Below are positions 33,401-46,100 of a stretch of DNA of 64,000 nucleotides, piece after piece. Numbering within the stretch: position 1 is the stretch's first letter; each line of letters opens with the position of its first letter. Below the pieces are notes generated by a model. That model searched no databases and was not told the DNA's origin. It saw nothing but the letters and a program-made list of their open reading frames with translations. The DNA comes from Perkinsus chesapeaki ATCC PRA-425 (lineage: Eukaryota > Protista > Perkinsozoa): NCBI GenBank assembly GCA_013115145.1, contig JAAPAO010000039.1, positions 1-64,000 on the forward strand, in the 5' to 3' direction. The position numbers and the translations under genes were made by a program.

Positions 33401-33500
33401 ATATTGTAGTGCCTCGCGTCTTCAAGATACAAGCTATACCGTTCGAGAACTAGCAGAATGCTTTCCATCTAGCATGCTCAGAACCGACTTCTGCTTGGTT
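30448..33500 (-). CDS. GOS1: Golgi Qb-SNARE GOS1/GOSR1-like, multi-exon; 5' end uncertain
   Basis: Exons give QLQRHRGILT/DLREHY, LLRERGGIEASIRAMDEML...QNSVFRNMKGKL, LPGVDNLIRKIRARKLKEQIILG and a C-terminal TM LVLGTCTCFTIWYRFM*. Confidence 0.8.
31712..32011 (-). mobile_element. Possible hAT-type transposase N-terminal zinc-finger (ZnF_TTF-like) relic within the 1.95-kb GOS1 intron
   Basis: HPWLE...YLCKGC...FF...AHEKRSWH pattern; surrounding frames are broken. Confidence 0.4.
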
Positions 33501-34563
33501 TGAGTGGCTACGACATCTCAAACCAAGGCGCAATGACTACCGAGAGTAACTCTAGTAGAGTTGAGCGCCCTGTCCTGATGTCCTTAGACCGGGCACTATA
33601 ATACCATCTCCATATATTCATTAAACACATCATACATAGGATACGCACTGCGACTAGTCTGCTAATGCAGTCTCTTGCACTAAGCTAGGCTTCCTATTCA
33701 GCTGCCACTCGGTAAAAGCCCATCACACCACGCCTCTCACAGTAGACTGCTTTAAACTAGCTTACCTCAATCTGATCATCTATACCAATTCTGGTCGATC
33801 CTCGTCGCTCGGCGTTCCCCGACAGTCTGCCGAGCTCAGCTATACCCCCTTCGATGGAGTGCTCAACCTGAAGCAGTCAACTATACATCCACTGGGGCGA
33901 CCGATTACTCCTCAAAAACTCCCGTATAAATGACAGGCCGGAAAATCGTAACTTAAACAACCACTAGGAAATTATGTATATGCCGGAGCTAACCAAATAA
34001 GCATTACGCGATTATATCTGCGCCATAATCAATTTTCCGACAGAAGGCTTCTGTCAGAAGCCAAGCTACGTCTCCGGTTCCCAGACAGCGGGTCGATTCT
34101 CACCTCTCTAGCTTGAGCCTTACATGCCTCCCACGTTCGATGAGATGGAGAAGACATCAATAATAGGAGCCTGCTAAAAATCATTTGTTAGCTACGAAAT
34201 GAGACCACCTAACGCAGTCGTGGGGTGGGGGTGGATTCTTTCCGCATGAGAACAAATGTACTGTGATGGCATCACCAATTCACTAAACAATATCTTCATG
34301 ACCGATGGAAGCATGCCAGGTTTTCCTCTGTGTAGAAATCCGAGTATACCAATATGAGTACGCCGAATTGCATCGACGCTAGACTTGAAAGGCACGCACA
34401 TAACTGAACACGAGCCTTTAACTCAAAACCTTTCTAGAATGTTTCAGCTACATGTTATATGTATACAGGTTGTACATATAATTGATCAACTGTAGAACTC
34501 AGACCCTGTTCTCCAGATAGAAACGTTACATACAGTGTACTGTTGCAATATTGGAGGGTATCT

Positions 34564-37500
34564 TTAGAGACCGTCGAATTCTTTAAGGTCGACCTCGTCT
34601 GATCCGTCCATCGCATCTTCGGGTAAATAGTCCTTATCTTGGGGCTCCAGATTTTCGCCGTATCTGATTGTGACGGTATAACATATATTCTCGTGGCCGC
34701 AATGGAAACCAAGCGCCGTTTTTTTTTCAAAATCTTTCCTAGCGCGGTCGCAAATGTACATGAAAAAGGAAAAACGGAAAGATTTCCCGCATTTGCATTT
34801 TACATATAATTCATCTCCCTGGAAAATGGAGATAACGATCACAAAGTATCCTACTGTGAAGTGACATGCATGGTAAAAATGCTACATTTTCATCCCGAGG
34901 TGGTATAGATGTTTCGTGCCAATGACCTCAACCGTCACAGTACTCTTTCACATTGCCTTATCGACCACATGCTCGCAGCAGCCCCTTTTACTGAATTGCT
35001 AGATTGACCATCTCCAATAGCTTTTCAATACTATCCTCATCATCTCGATCCACTTGGGTAAAACTCACCAATGAATACCTGATACAGAGACACAAGGAAG
35101 TAGACAAAGCGAGCGACATGTCAGCGAGCACTGCTCGCCGAGCAGCTAAGATCAACCACACTGCACCAACTGATTGATGTTGATACTGTAGTAATTAGCT
35201 GATTTCAATCAATACTGGTATGAATGTATCAACTTGATATTGCTAGTAATTAGCCAATGCTGTTAACTACTGTTATTGGTCACACTAACTATTGTTCACA
35301 CTTGATACTAATCTAATTATATCAAAATTAATAAGAATATCAACCTTAACACAATATATATAAAGGGTGTCCCATAACTTTTCATCCAATTTCGAATGAG
35401 AGTTTCTCCCCAACCAGGAAGCGTTTGATGATGCAATTTTGAAGGTATATTCGGGGAGGTTTCAAAATTATACTGGCGGAGTTATGCGCCGCTACTCGAC
35501 CTCTGGTATTCACACGAGCTCTGCGCGTGAAAATTTTTCGGGAGGTCAAAAACTCGGGAATTTTGACCCAATTTTTTTTCATCGCGATCGTTTAGTAACC
35601 CAACCAGGATGCTAATCGCGGAAAAAAAATCATCCCGAAATACGTTAACTTAATTGATATTATTAAATACCAATTGATCCAATGATAATCAAATCCCTTA
35701 TTATCAAATTATCTACATTACCAAACTCCCGCGCCCACTATACACTAAATTTTCAAAAAATACACTACGCATAAAAATACAGTTTTTCAGCACCTTTCGA
35801 GTAACATCAGCAATATTACAAGCCTTTTGGAAAATACCAATTTTTCCCGGCCCAATTTTTTTCTTTTCCACAAACATTATATGCTCGTATATTACTCTTG
35901 CAATAACTCAGCCATTTTTATCGTCAATTGCCTCATCTTGTCGCTCAAACCTTCCTGCATTTTCAAACATAAATCCGTCGTATCGCAGTCCAAGAAGTAC
36001 TCCAATTTGTCGCTAGAGGATGCAACCAGGTCACATTTCGTGAGCACCTGCCATCCAAAATTTGCCACACGTAGAACACTGCTCGCTAAGGTACTGCTGG
36101 TTCACATGGACGGGAGGAAAATTCAGATATTGAAAAGTTTCGCAACATGGAAATATCCAAACGAGAAACAGGGAAGGCAGAACGATGAGCGACGAACTGG
36201 AAAATGATGAATATGAATAATCATAATATGACACGTACCAAAAATTTTTCCTTAAAAAACCAAGTCAGTTGAGTATTTCAATTCTATACCCACGATAGCA
36301 GAGCTGTCATAGAGAGTTTAAGGTTGATATGAGCAGTGGTTGAGGAATTGGGCCATTGGCACGGAAGTGACTCTTTAGATTGCGTGGACTGTACTGATTG
36401 TGATCATAATGATCTAATTATTATATATTAGTAATCATTATCCTCCCAACCCCCTTCTCCCAATTATCACATTAATATGCGGCAAATCAATATTGACCAT
36501 CACCGACAGCGCCGATAAAGCTCCAGATATGAACTTGGGTGTATCGGAAATGAACATAACATCCAAGCAATACCTAACAGGTGAAAAAAACAACAAATCT
36601 CTAGCGGAGCGAAGCAGCCGTCTAAATTTCCCTACACTCCACAAAGTCGCATATCGAGCCTGTTGGTAAAGAAATCGACCAAGTCCTTCATAACTGGGAT
36701 ATGAGAGTAGAGCTCAATTTGACCTAACAAGCAAGATACCACCCCTAAATCGATCAACTGGGCGAGCGCTAAATCACCTGGGCAGTCCAGCATGAAATAC
36801 TCGTCATCATCAAATTGGTTGATTTGTTCTTCAAGCCAGTCAAGGCCCTCCTCCAAGACGTATCTGCCAACATAAATCCACAACCGGGAAAATGCTAGGT
36901 GAAATTAATCCGGCGAGTTGCTTGAATTACTACTACTCATAACATTCAATAACATACACTAGTCAAACTACAACTAATTTTATTAACTATAAATACATCT
37001 CAAGTAGTAAAATTAACATACCGAGTGCTCTACTTTGTACAATTAATAAGTCGTAAGAACATTAATTCATTTATTATTTTTCTATACATTAGTAATCTCC
37101 AACACTGATTGACATATCTGCACGCTGGCAACAACAGTCATTTACTACAACAGCCACTAATCCAAAATTCAAAATTAAGTCAACACCGAACACGAGATTC
37201 CTGCATGTATACACCTCACAAGAGCAGCATCGTTTGCAGCCAAACTGAGGCAAATTCCGGCGTCCGGAAACCCAAAATTTAGCTCAGCACAACCCCCCCC
37301 CAAGCCCTATTACTCCATTGCCATGACCAGACCCCCATTGGGGCCTAGCTCACATTCTTCTACGACGTCATCGAGGGACACCTAAAGGCAATCTAGATCA
37401 TTATGCACGCCTGGGGTTGCGAAGAAGGATGATGACAGAAATTCCTAGAATATCCTCCTCGTGGTAAACTAGGTGTATATTCTGCTCCACTGTATGACGC

Positions 37501-38324
37501 GAGAAGCACGCTTGGAGCTAAGATCTCAAGACTTCCAATGTAAGGGAAGTATCTCGGAGCAACTCGTACCATGACCAACGAATTATACAAGTGAAATAAG
37601 TTCCTATCCTTCATCCATATGTGTATTGCAGCTACAAAGATACTTTGCGCACTCTGAAGATTCAAGCTCCGCTACACCGATATATTCTCAAAAACCACTT
37701 GCCCAGGAAAAACCGCGCGCCTCAAAATTCCCTTCCGAAGCTACAGTACCAAATCACATATATTAACCGCACAGGGATAGGCGAAGGCTTCCGCTGCTGG
37801 ATCCAAATTGATAACTCTGACCGGCCCTGAAAGGAACGGATGCATCATCAGTTTGCCAAAAGGGCGGGCAAGGAACACCGAACGCTCTCTTCGGAAATTT
37901 CATGCTCCTTTTGCACATACTATTCACAACATCCTTGGGAACGCTCTTCGACTTCCAAAAAATGAATTTCATTTCGAGACTGGATGGATCCTAAGATGGG
38001 CAAACTCCCCGGAAAAAGTGCAGACATTTCCGCAAAAATGGAGCCGAAGATCCAGAAAATTTTGCCCGCTAACAACGATTACGTACAATTCACTTTAACG
38101 TGATTGCACTAACTAAGGGGGATCTTTGACAATGATATCTTAGGTTGATTCAAGCACGACATAAATAATACATGAACCCATATGCTTCAGAATTCTTTAA
38201 ATCCCAAGTCATTTTCCCCTTCTCTATTACGTCCAATCGCAGCGTAATGCTCAAACACTGTATTGCAGTACGTTGACTTGCCCGACCCTGCTGGGCCCAT
38301 CACAAGCTGGCCGAATTTAGTCAT
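34564..38324 (-). CDS. GPN3: GPN-loop GTPase 3, multi-exon
   Basis: [74 protein letters not shown]...[20 protein letters not shown]. Confidence 0.95.
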
Positions 38325-38355
38325 AGAAACAATAGCTGCAAAGTAGTAATAATAA

Positions 38356-38428
38356 TACCCCACCCAGGAATAGAACCCTCGCCCATCTGCTTAATAGACA
38401 GCCACCTTATCCACTGGACTATAACTCC
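38356..38428 (-). pseudogene. tRNA-like pseudogene / SINE-head-like element just upstream of the GPN3 start
   Basis: 73 nt; perfect A box TAGTCCAGTGG; B-box-like GGTTCTATTCC; partial anticodon stem around CT-ATT-AA; acceptor stem unpaired. Confidence 0.55.
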
Positions 38429-38852
38429 AAACAAAATATAACTTTTTGGAGACTATGACGTATAACAAGAAAAGCGTATAAGATGCAGAGACCGAGTTAT
38501 CTGGCTCCCAGAGATGCTTCGTCCTTATCGCCAGACCCCAGCCCACGATTTGCAACATTCACATTTTACATTGGACAGAAATATCATAGACCAATCGAGA
38601 CAATCAAATTCAATTACCCATCATCGAGTCGAAGACTCCTGCGCGCCACAAAATTCCTTCCTCGCCAACAGCATCCGCTCAACAACAATGTCGAGAGATA
38701 CCTCGGAATTTTTGGGCGCGCGAAAATAATATTTGCATAGGATTACGATTCGAAAGTCGAATTTGTCGAACATTTTTTTCATGATTTTATCAATAATAAT
38801 ATTCCAATCAAAAGCTTCGTACGTGCTCTTTAATTCGGGTTTGCCCAAACAG

Positions 38853-41800
38853 CTACTGCCGCCAAAACCTCCACGTTGTGACCTCCGAACCCTTCCCTCG
38901 TCCTCCTGGCTCGTCCATCAGACCGATCCCGTTCGCCCTTAGTAGATCCCTGATCCGATCGGCCTCCTTAAAATTGCACATTCGCCGAGCCTCGTTTCGT
39001 TCATCAATTAACTTCTCAATCTCTTCTATGCTCGGTACATTAGCCGGCCACTCAAACTCCGCACTCTCTCCGTCACGCGCCCGGAAATACCCTCTAGGAT
39101 AGAACTCCCCTCCATGCCAGCCCTCGCTTCCCTCCCATTGATGATGATGCCCATTCTGGTTCTCCTGACCCCCCGCCACCGAGTCGACCGAAGTACTGCT
39201 CTGTGCCAAAAGAGGATGCTCTTTCATGGTGACAGTTAGCCCCTCCGGAAAGTCTAAATTGTAGTCCTTGCAGTAGCTGCGGTACTCCTCATAGATCCCT
39301 TCCAAAAGGACTTCGACTTCTCTAGTGGCTGTACGATACCTGAGATAATAAATGGGGGAATTATTCCGTTTCGGACTAGATTACTCAGCGATTGAGAGCG
39401 AATAGATTCTTAAAATGTGTTAAGACTGATTCCCAGGGTGGAATTATCGAAGCACGATTACACAAGAACCCGCCTAAGTCCCATAGCGCCAAGTCCAATG
39501 CGTATCCTAGCTCCAAGCATGCACGATACTCCTAAACTCACCCAATTGGATCCACACATGATATGCATAAATGCAGTGGCTCATTGGATTCCTGTCTCAA
39601 ATTGCCTTCCAAAAAGCCTGAGCCTCTCCCTCTCAATCGGAGCTTGGCATCGGACATCTTAACAATCCTTTTCATGTTAACTCCCTTCGTTCCGATAATC
39701 CGCCGGGCCACGTGGAAATCACGATCATTCTCAATTCCAATTTCGAACCGACAAGTATACCTGAGTCACAAAGATTTTGGGAAATTTCGGGAAAGTTTCG
39801 AAAAATTTACGGGAATTTCGACCATTTCAAAAAAAAATTTAGCAAAAGCTCGGAAACTAGACAAAGAACTCAACTGAAGCCCAATAAAGAGGAAACACTA
39901 CAAATAAAACCAATTAAAATTCCCGAAAAATCTTTGGTAACAAAAGGAAACAGTCCGAAATTTCACATAAAATTTCAACCTGATCTGCCCATCTACTTTC
40001 TGATCGTTTGACCTTCACTTTTGCGCGGACCAGTATCATCTTGAGGCACCGCAGAGATAGTCCTGTCAGCTCCCCGCTCGCCGGAAACATCTTCATCGGT
40101 CACGAAAGAACGAGAGCGTGGATGATACCCAAAGGAGTCGCAATAGGACGCGCTCGGCAGGGAAGGGGCTTCGGGGTTAGACCGCTCAGCTACGACGACG
40201 AAGTCGGTTTGAAGGGCTGAGTCCTCCGAGAGGCATACTTGACGTTGGGGCCCTGGTGGGTAGAACCTGTCCAGGAACGGAGATTAATCTAGCCTCACGG
40301 AAGCATGTTCCTAATATCGATCGAGCGATCGATTATGGTTTGACACAGAATATGAAACAAGTTCGAGACTACACCTGAAGAAATCCTGGTATAGGGGATT
40401 TCTACAAGCCGAGCCCTAATTTCCGAAAAAATGCATAACAAAGCGCAGGAACTGAACAAGTTCTTCCAAGAAGCCAACTTGGATCCATAATTATCATCAT
40501 CCTGCCCTTTCGATTACTCACCACTCGACACACAGCCTTCCCTTCACACCATTCAAGACCTTATCATTCAGTACTCTAATTGACGTTGCAGCATCATCCC
40601 AAGTATAAAATCGGATAATAGCGGACTCTCCTCCGGGGCAAATTTGAACACCCTCCACTTCACCATACAGCCCAAACACCTATAAGGCCATAACCCTACA
40701 ACTTGCGACCAAGCATGAAATTTTCCATATATTTCCAAGAAACTTTCCGTGAAAATATTATTGACAAATATTCAATAGACATTGAGGAATCCTCCCTCGG
40801 CTGGATGACATTAATATTCCTATTACGTCCTCCGACTTGCCGACATCCCGTAGTGCTCAAAATCTTCTAGATTTTATGAGAACATTTTAATGACCAAATA
40901 TTATTAATTCCATTAATAATCGCGCCTCATAAACCGATCAGGGCAGATTTTTCTTGAAAATTTTCCAAAAATTTACCCAAATTTTTGGTGGTCGACAGCA
41001 TATGTGGACGAGTACGAAGAGCAGTCGTATCGGAGAGAGAGAGGAGCCTTCGCCACATTCCCGTGGAGTATAACCTTCCTTAAGTCGGGCTCAAGCAACT
41101 GGTACGTGAATGTCATACCAGTAACGTAGACAAGGACACAATAGGGAGATGGGGACACGTTGAGCTTAGAAATGCTGTTTTCCTGAAAGGGATAATGTAA
41201 TGAGGAAGTTACATGAAATAATATATAAATGTAGTCAGGCGTAGACATTATATCCGCCCATTTGATGCCAAACAAGTGCAAGCAACCTTTCCAAAGGAGC
41301 AAGACGAGATGATAATACCAACTGTGAGCAAGAGGTCAGCCACGTCCGTATTACATCAGCAGGATATTCTTCGACGTTATTAAGGAAGTGCATAAGATGG
41401 GAGCTTAACTCGTGCACCTAACAGGAGAAAAAGATTCTCATTTTCATTGAGAATGTTTCCCACGAGTCCTGAGGCTCTCTTAACAAGATGCAATGAGATG
41501 TATGTGAGAGAGAATAGGTTCTATGCTAATCGAAGCTGGCAGGTCCTCACCGAAAGCCGCAGAAATTCTCGCAATTTTCCCAGAAAAATTTGCTAAATTT
41601 TACCCCATAAGTTGTAGCGCCCGCAGGCGTATCTTTGTCGATACAACTGCCACCAGTGTCGCCAACTGAACAGTCCTTGCCTTGAGCGTTCTCGGCTGCC
41701 TTAGCTGAGAAGGGGAATCCTTAGGTCAAGCGTGCAAGATACATAATAGCTCACCTAGGAGTACCCTGACATGTTCTACATCTGCTATATTGAAGTCAGA

Positions 41801-42300
41801 TATGTCTTCTGAATAGTAGTGCACGGGTTGATTCTGCATTACTTTTACTATCCCTATCAGGCCTCGAAATGAAGGATAACCTTCTGACAATTAACTTCAC
41901 GTATGGGAAACGCACCGGCAGCAGCACAAAAGCCGTAATTTCGAGGCGCGTGACGTTTTAATGAAACGCTGTTCGAGTTGTTCTGGAACCACTTCTCCGA
42001 TCGCGTAAGAATTGATTTACTCATCAGCCCGTACAGTGTCGATGTTGAAAATTCGTTTTTCTCAAGCGAACTTTGCTTGACCGAAGAATCGGCACACATA
42101 AGTGGCTGCTGCGTCGAGCCCAGCCGCATCTTCTTCGGCCCTTGCCACAATCTTTTCTGTTTTTTCCTTCTTCCGGCAGCGTTGTACTTCGGAAGTTAGT
42201 GGTGTGATGACATAGTGACAATAGTAGAGATGTTCATAGTTCAGTGATGACTCGAACGATCCGGAGATCGTCCAAGTCATCATAGTATAATATATCCGCT
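38853..42300 (-). CDS. KH-domain RNA-binding protein with C-terminal CysRS-like helical domain; multi-exon, 5' extent uncertain
   Basis: The exon near 39560-39720 gives VARRIIGTKGVNMKRIVKMSDAKLRLRGRGSGFLEG...ESNEPLHLCIS (KH, SF1/BBP-like). The last exon gives IEKLIDERNEARRMCNFKEADRIRDLLRANGIGLMDEPGG...TTWR. Confidence 0.7.
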
Positions 42301-43114
42301 GCCTAGGCGGTCGGTGCTCTGGAGTTGCGATGCATTCAGCTACCTTGTTCGTATATATGCAACCACTCTCCTCCACCTCCTTTAAAAGGTGTACCGCGAT
42401 TCGTCCATGTTTGTTTCGTAAGGCAGCAGCAGGGCCACTTCCATCAAAGGGTCTGTGTTTCTATTTTACGATATAACACTTGCGTGCGAGTGGGTCAATG
42501 GTGGTGTAATTATATATGGAACCCAAGCCTATTGACTTGCAAATTTCTGAATTGCTTCTGTATCACCTCGTTGGATCATCTCGAATCAACCATTACATGA
42601 GACATGATCCGGTCAAGTTACCAGCTCAGACAGCAACCTATTTTGGGAGGACCAACCCAAATCTCTAGGCGTCGAAAACCGGATATATTTCATTCATGGG
42701 ACCCGCGTTTATCATTTCGACAGTGGCTCAAGATATCATTGGCAAAGCCATTGAGGCTCTTCGTTCTACTCTACAAACAAAGCCCTGCGTAGTTTGCGCT
42801 CGTTTCGAATCTTCTCAAGAATTACACTTGAACATATACCAGGATTCGAGCAACTCAGAATATGTGCGAGGATCGTAATGGTGGTATTCGGTGGTGATAG
42901 CCGACTGGCTGATATCGCTTGATCATGACTACCAGCATTAGCTCTTATCGCTCAAGTTTAAGAGTAATACCAACCTTCCATGGGGTTGCCCCGGAATGTT
43001 CTTGCCGGACTTGTAAATTTTACGAGTTTTGTTTTCATATAGGCGATGTTCGTGTGCACATTTCGGACCAATTATAGCATATCGAAGTGTCTGTTACTGA
43101 ACTTGTTGTCGTTG

Positions 43115-46100
43115 ATGTCATCCGCTACGGACTTGCCAGCCCAGACTCACCCCGAGACGGAGTCTGACGCCGGCACCTCAGAAGGGGAGGACATCATAAG
43201 GAAGAGCACTAGAAGAAGCAAACCTGTTGATCACTTCGCGCCGTCGCAAAAACGCAAAATCGGAGCGGCTAGGAAGTTCCATGCTGGTGATGGGAAAGGA
43301 GAAAAACTGGGGGATATTGAAGTGGTAGGTTCTCGAGGGTTGGGGTAAAGTGATACTAGTGATACGGAGGAGGAGGAGATATAATAGAAAGGAGTTTGAT
43401 AGTAAATATGCTACTAGTGATACGGATGAGGAGATATAATAGAAAGTTAGACAACAAGCAAACAAGGAAGTATCTACTTTTAACCCCAGTTGAATATGTT
43501 GTTGAAAGATCGGCGATCGCGTTGGAGAATACCTGGTGGTCTCTCCCGGAATTGAACCCAGGGCCTTTCGGTTGGTAGGTATCCAAGGGGATCGGCAAAG
43601 CTCCTGTCGACGGCGAAGGTCTAAAGAGGCTGCATTTGTGTTTGTTTAATTCGGTTGGAAAAGAAACTACTAGGAAAAGAGACGTGAGTATCTTGAGGTT
43701 GACCGTGCATGATACAAAATACGTCAGATTCGTGCATGGAATGGCTGTCAAAGCGCAGAGGACCGTGAGAGGATAGAGAAGACTTTGAAGGCCACCAAAA
43801 AACAAGAGGTGAGATCATCCTAAACATCGTCCAAATCGCTAGATCAAAGATCCAAATCAAGATTCCTTTCAGAATCTCCGCGAGATTGCTCGCACACTTG
43901 GCCTGTCTTCATCACAGAGCCGCACTGTTCTTGAGGAAGTAAGTCCAGGATCGTTCTCGAAGCTTCGAAAACAGGGAATTTTGGAGCGAAAATTTTACTT
44001 TTAATCTGAAAAAAAAGTATTCTTAGACCAGAAGTGTCATCGTTAGTCTCCCAAAGAACACCCGCAGCGAAGGCGATACTTGGTTTTTAATTTTCCGAAG
44101 TGAAAAGACTTGCATTCGATGGTGTCAGCTAGGGGCCTCGGAACTGTGCGATGGAGATTCCGTTTTATATCAAACCTGAGGCCGGAATCAGCTTACACGT
44201 TACACTCCCTTCACGTGTCTGTTCGTACTTCTACGGGAACAGCAGAAAGTCGCTCGGAGCCCGAATTCGGGAAGGCTACGGCAGGAAATTTGGAAGAGCT
44301 CGCACAAGCATCTCACGCGCCATCTCGCTTGGCAGGGGCGAGGCTCAGTTTTAGAAAATCAATAAGTGAACTTCTGCTTGATTTGTGCGAGAAGATAAAC
44401 TTTTGTCATTTCAGTCAATTCTCCGTTTCCTCGACGTCCCGAAGGATGAAGGGCTGAAGAAGGTAAGATGCTTCTTCCGGTGTTGATTTCTGACTGAAGT
44501 AAGCTTTAGTCAGAGTTAGTCTCGGGTGGCTGGGAAATTTCTGAGGTGATGCACGTGGTAACGTGAATGTTCAAGCTCTCATTCTTCGAAAATCTGCTGA
44601 AACTTGCCTTTAATTTTCTGTGAGCTGTTAAGTCAGAGCTTGTCTATCTGTTCGCCTCCCTCACTTCAAAGATCGAATATCCTTCTCGATGCACGCTAAT
44701 CGTTCCCGTCCGATGGTCACCTGAAGAGATCTCAGCAGTGCTGAGTCAGCAGTATAAATATATGCGATGTTATGTATAACGTATATGATCTATTATGAGT
44801 GTCTTACTCAATTTCCCTCTCGAACAGCTGGAATGTGCTTAAAGTCCAACGTAAAGGGCTTCGGTTCAATCTGAAGTATTCCTCCAAAGGAATTCTCGGC
44901 CGTTTTCAAGGAAACTTCTTGCTAGTAGCTGAATAACTTAATTTCCGTTATACATCAGCCCAAGTCCAAGAGGAGAGCCTCGGTCACTGGCACCAGGAAG
45001 AAGTCTAAGCCGAGCACGAGACAGGGTTCGGGCTTCTCTACGTTCCTTGCCCAGAGGACAAAGGAACTCAAGGCTACTGAGGCTGGGAAGCTATTGACAC
45101 CTAAGGAAGTGACTGAAATGCTAAGCGTGGAGTGGACGAGCATGAGCGGGTAAGTTTTGGTGAGTTAAATCTTTCCAGGATCATCATCGCATTTTCTTCG
45201 GGTTAATTATTAATTGCCTTCATTGGAAGTGTTAGCCAATTAAGTTTCATGATAATGTTGATTCAATATTGTTACTTTCGTTCCTTCCACCCCAGTGGTG
45301 TGGTATCGAAACCCGAAATTGAAACCCGAAGCCCGCAAACCGGGTAGGCAATCAAATTTCGAGGTCGTAGCGCTCAACGCGATGGTGCCGCTGCCACGCG
45401 ATGGTGCCTCTGCTGCAGAGGGTTCTGGGTGCCGATATATATATCGACACTAGCGACTTGACAGCTATCCGCCGGAGAGACGCCTCACCAGGGAGGGCGG
45501 GACGGGAAAAGAAACTAAAACAACTTTAACAACTTGGCGAAAATAACTTCACTTTTGCTCACAGTCATCGAAACATACTTCGCTCGCCCATAAAAATCCA
45601 AACGCTACATACTCGTAAACGCGCGTGCCAAACTCAATCGGGAGACGTCCTCAAGTAAAAGGGTTCAACTTCGTTAACTTGTATTATTATTACTAAGTTA
45701 GTAATACTAACATTATTGATTTCTCCGTTTATTATCGTCCTCGTTGAAGTTGGTATTTTCTTAGTCCCGACAAGGCGGCCTTTGGCACACCTCAGAAGGC
45801 AGGTCAGAAACGCAAGCGAGGGAGCGCGGCTGGCAAAGCGAAGGCCACTAAGAAAGCCAGGAAGGTTTCGGAATCGTCGGACAAGGTGACAATGCGCCAC
45901 TCACTCACTGTGTTTATGGAAAGAGTCGGATAGACTTTGACGAGAACAATGTGATGAGATATGGACGAGAAATTTCGGACGAAAACTGGAAAAAGGTACC
46001 GGCAATTTTCTGAAGCTCCGGTCAAATTTTGGAGATGATATCGGTAATTTTTGTTCGATATATTTTTTCGGAAGAAGTGTCAGTAATTCTTTGCAGCTCT

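Noticed and set aside
31631-33456. 15/16-nt direct repeat GTTCG(T/A)GAACTAGCAG near both ends of the GOS1 insertion region
   Set aside because: One copy lies outside the large intron; too short to define element ends.
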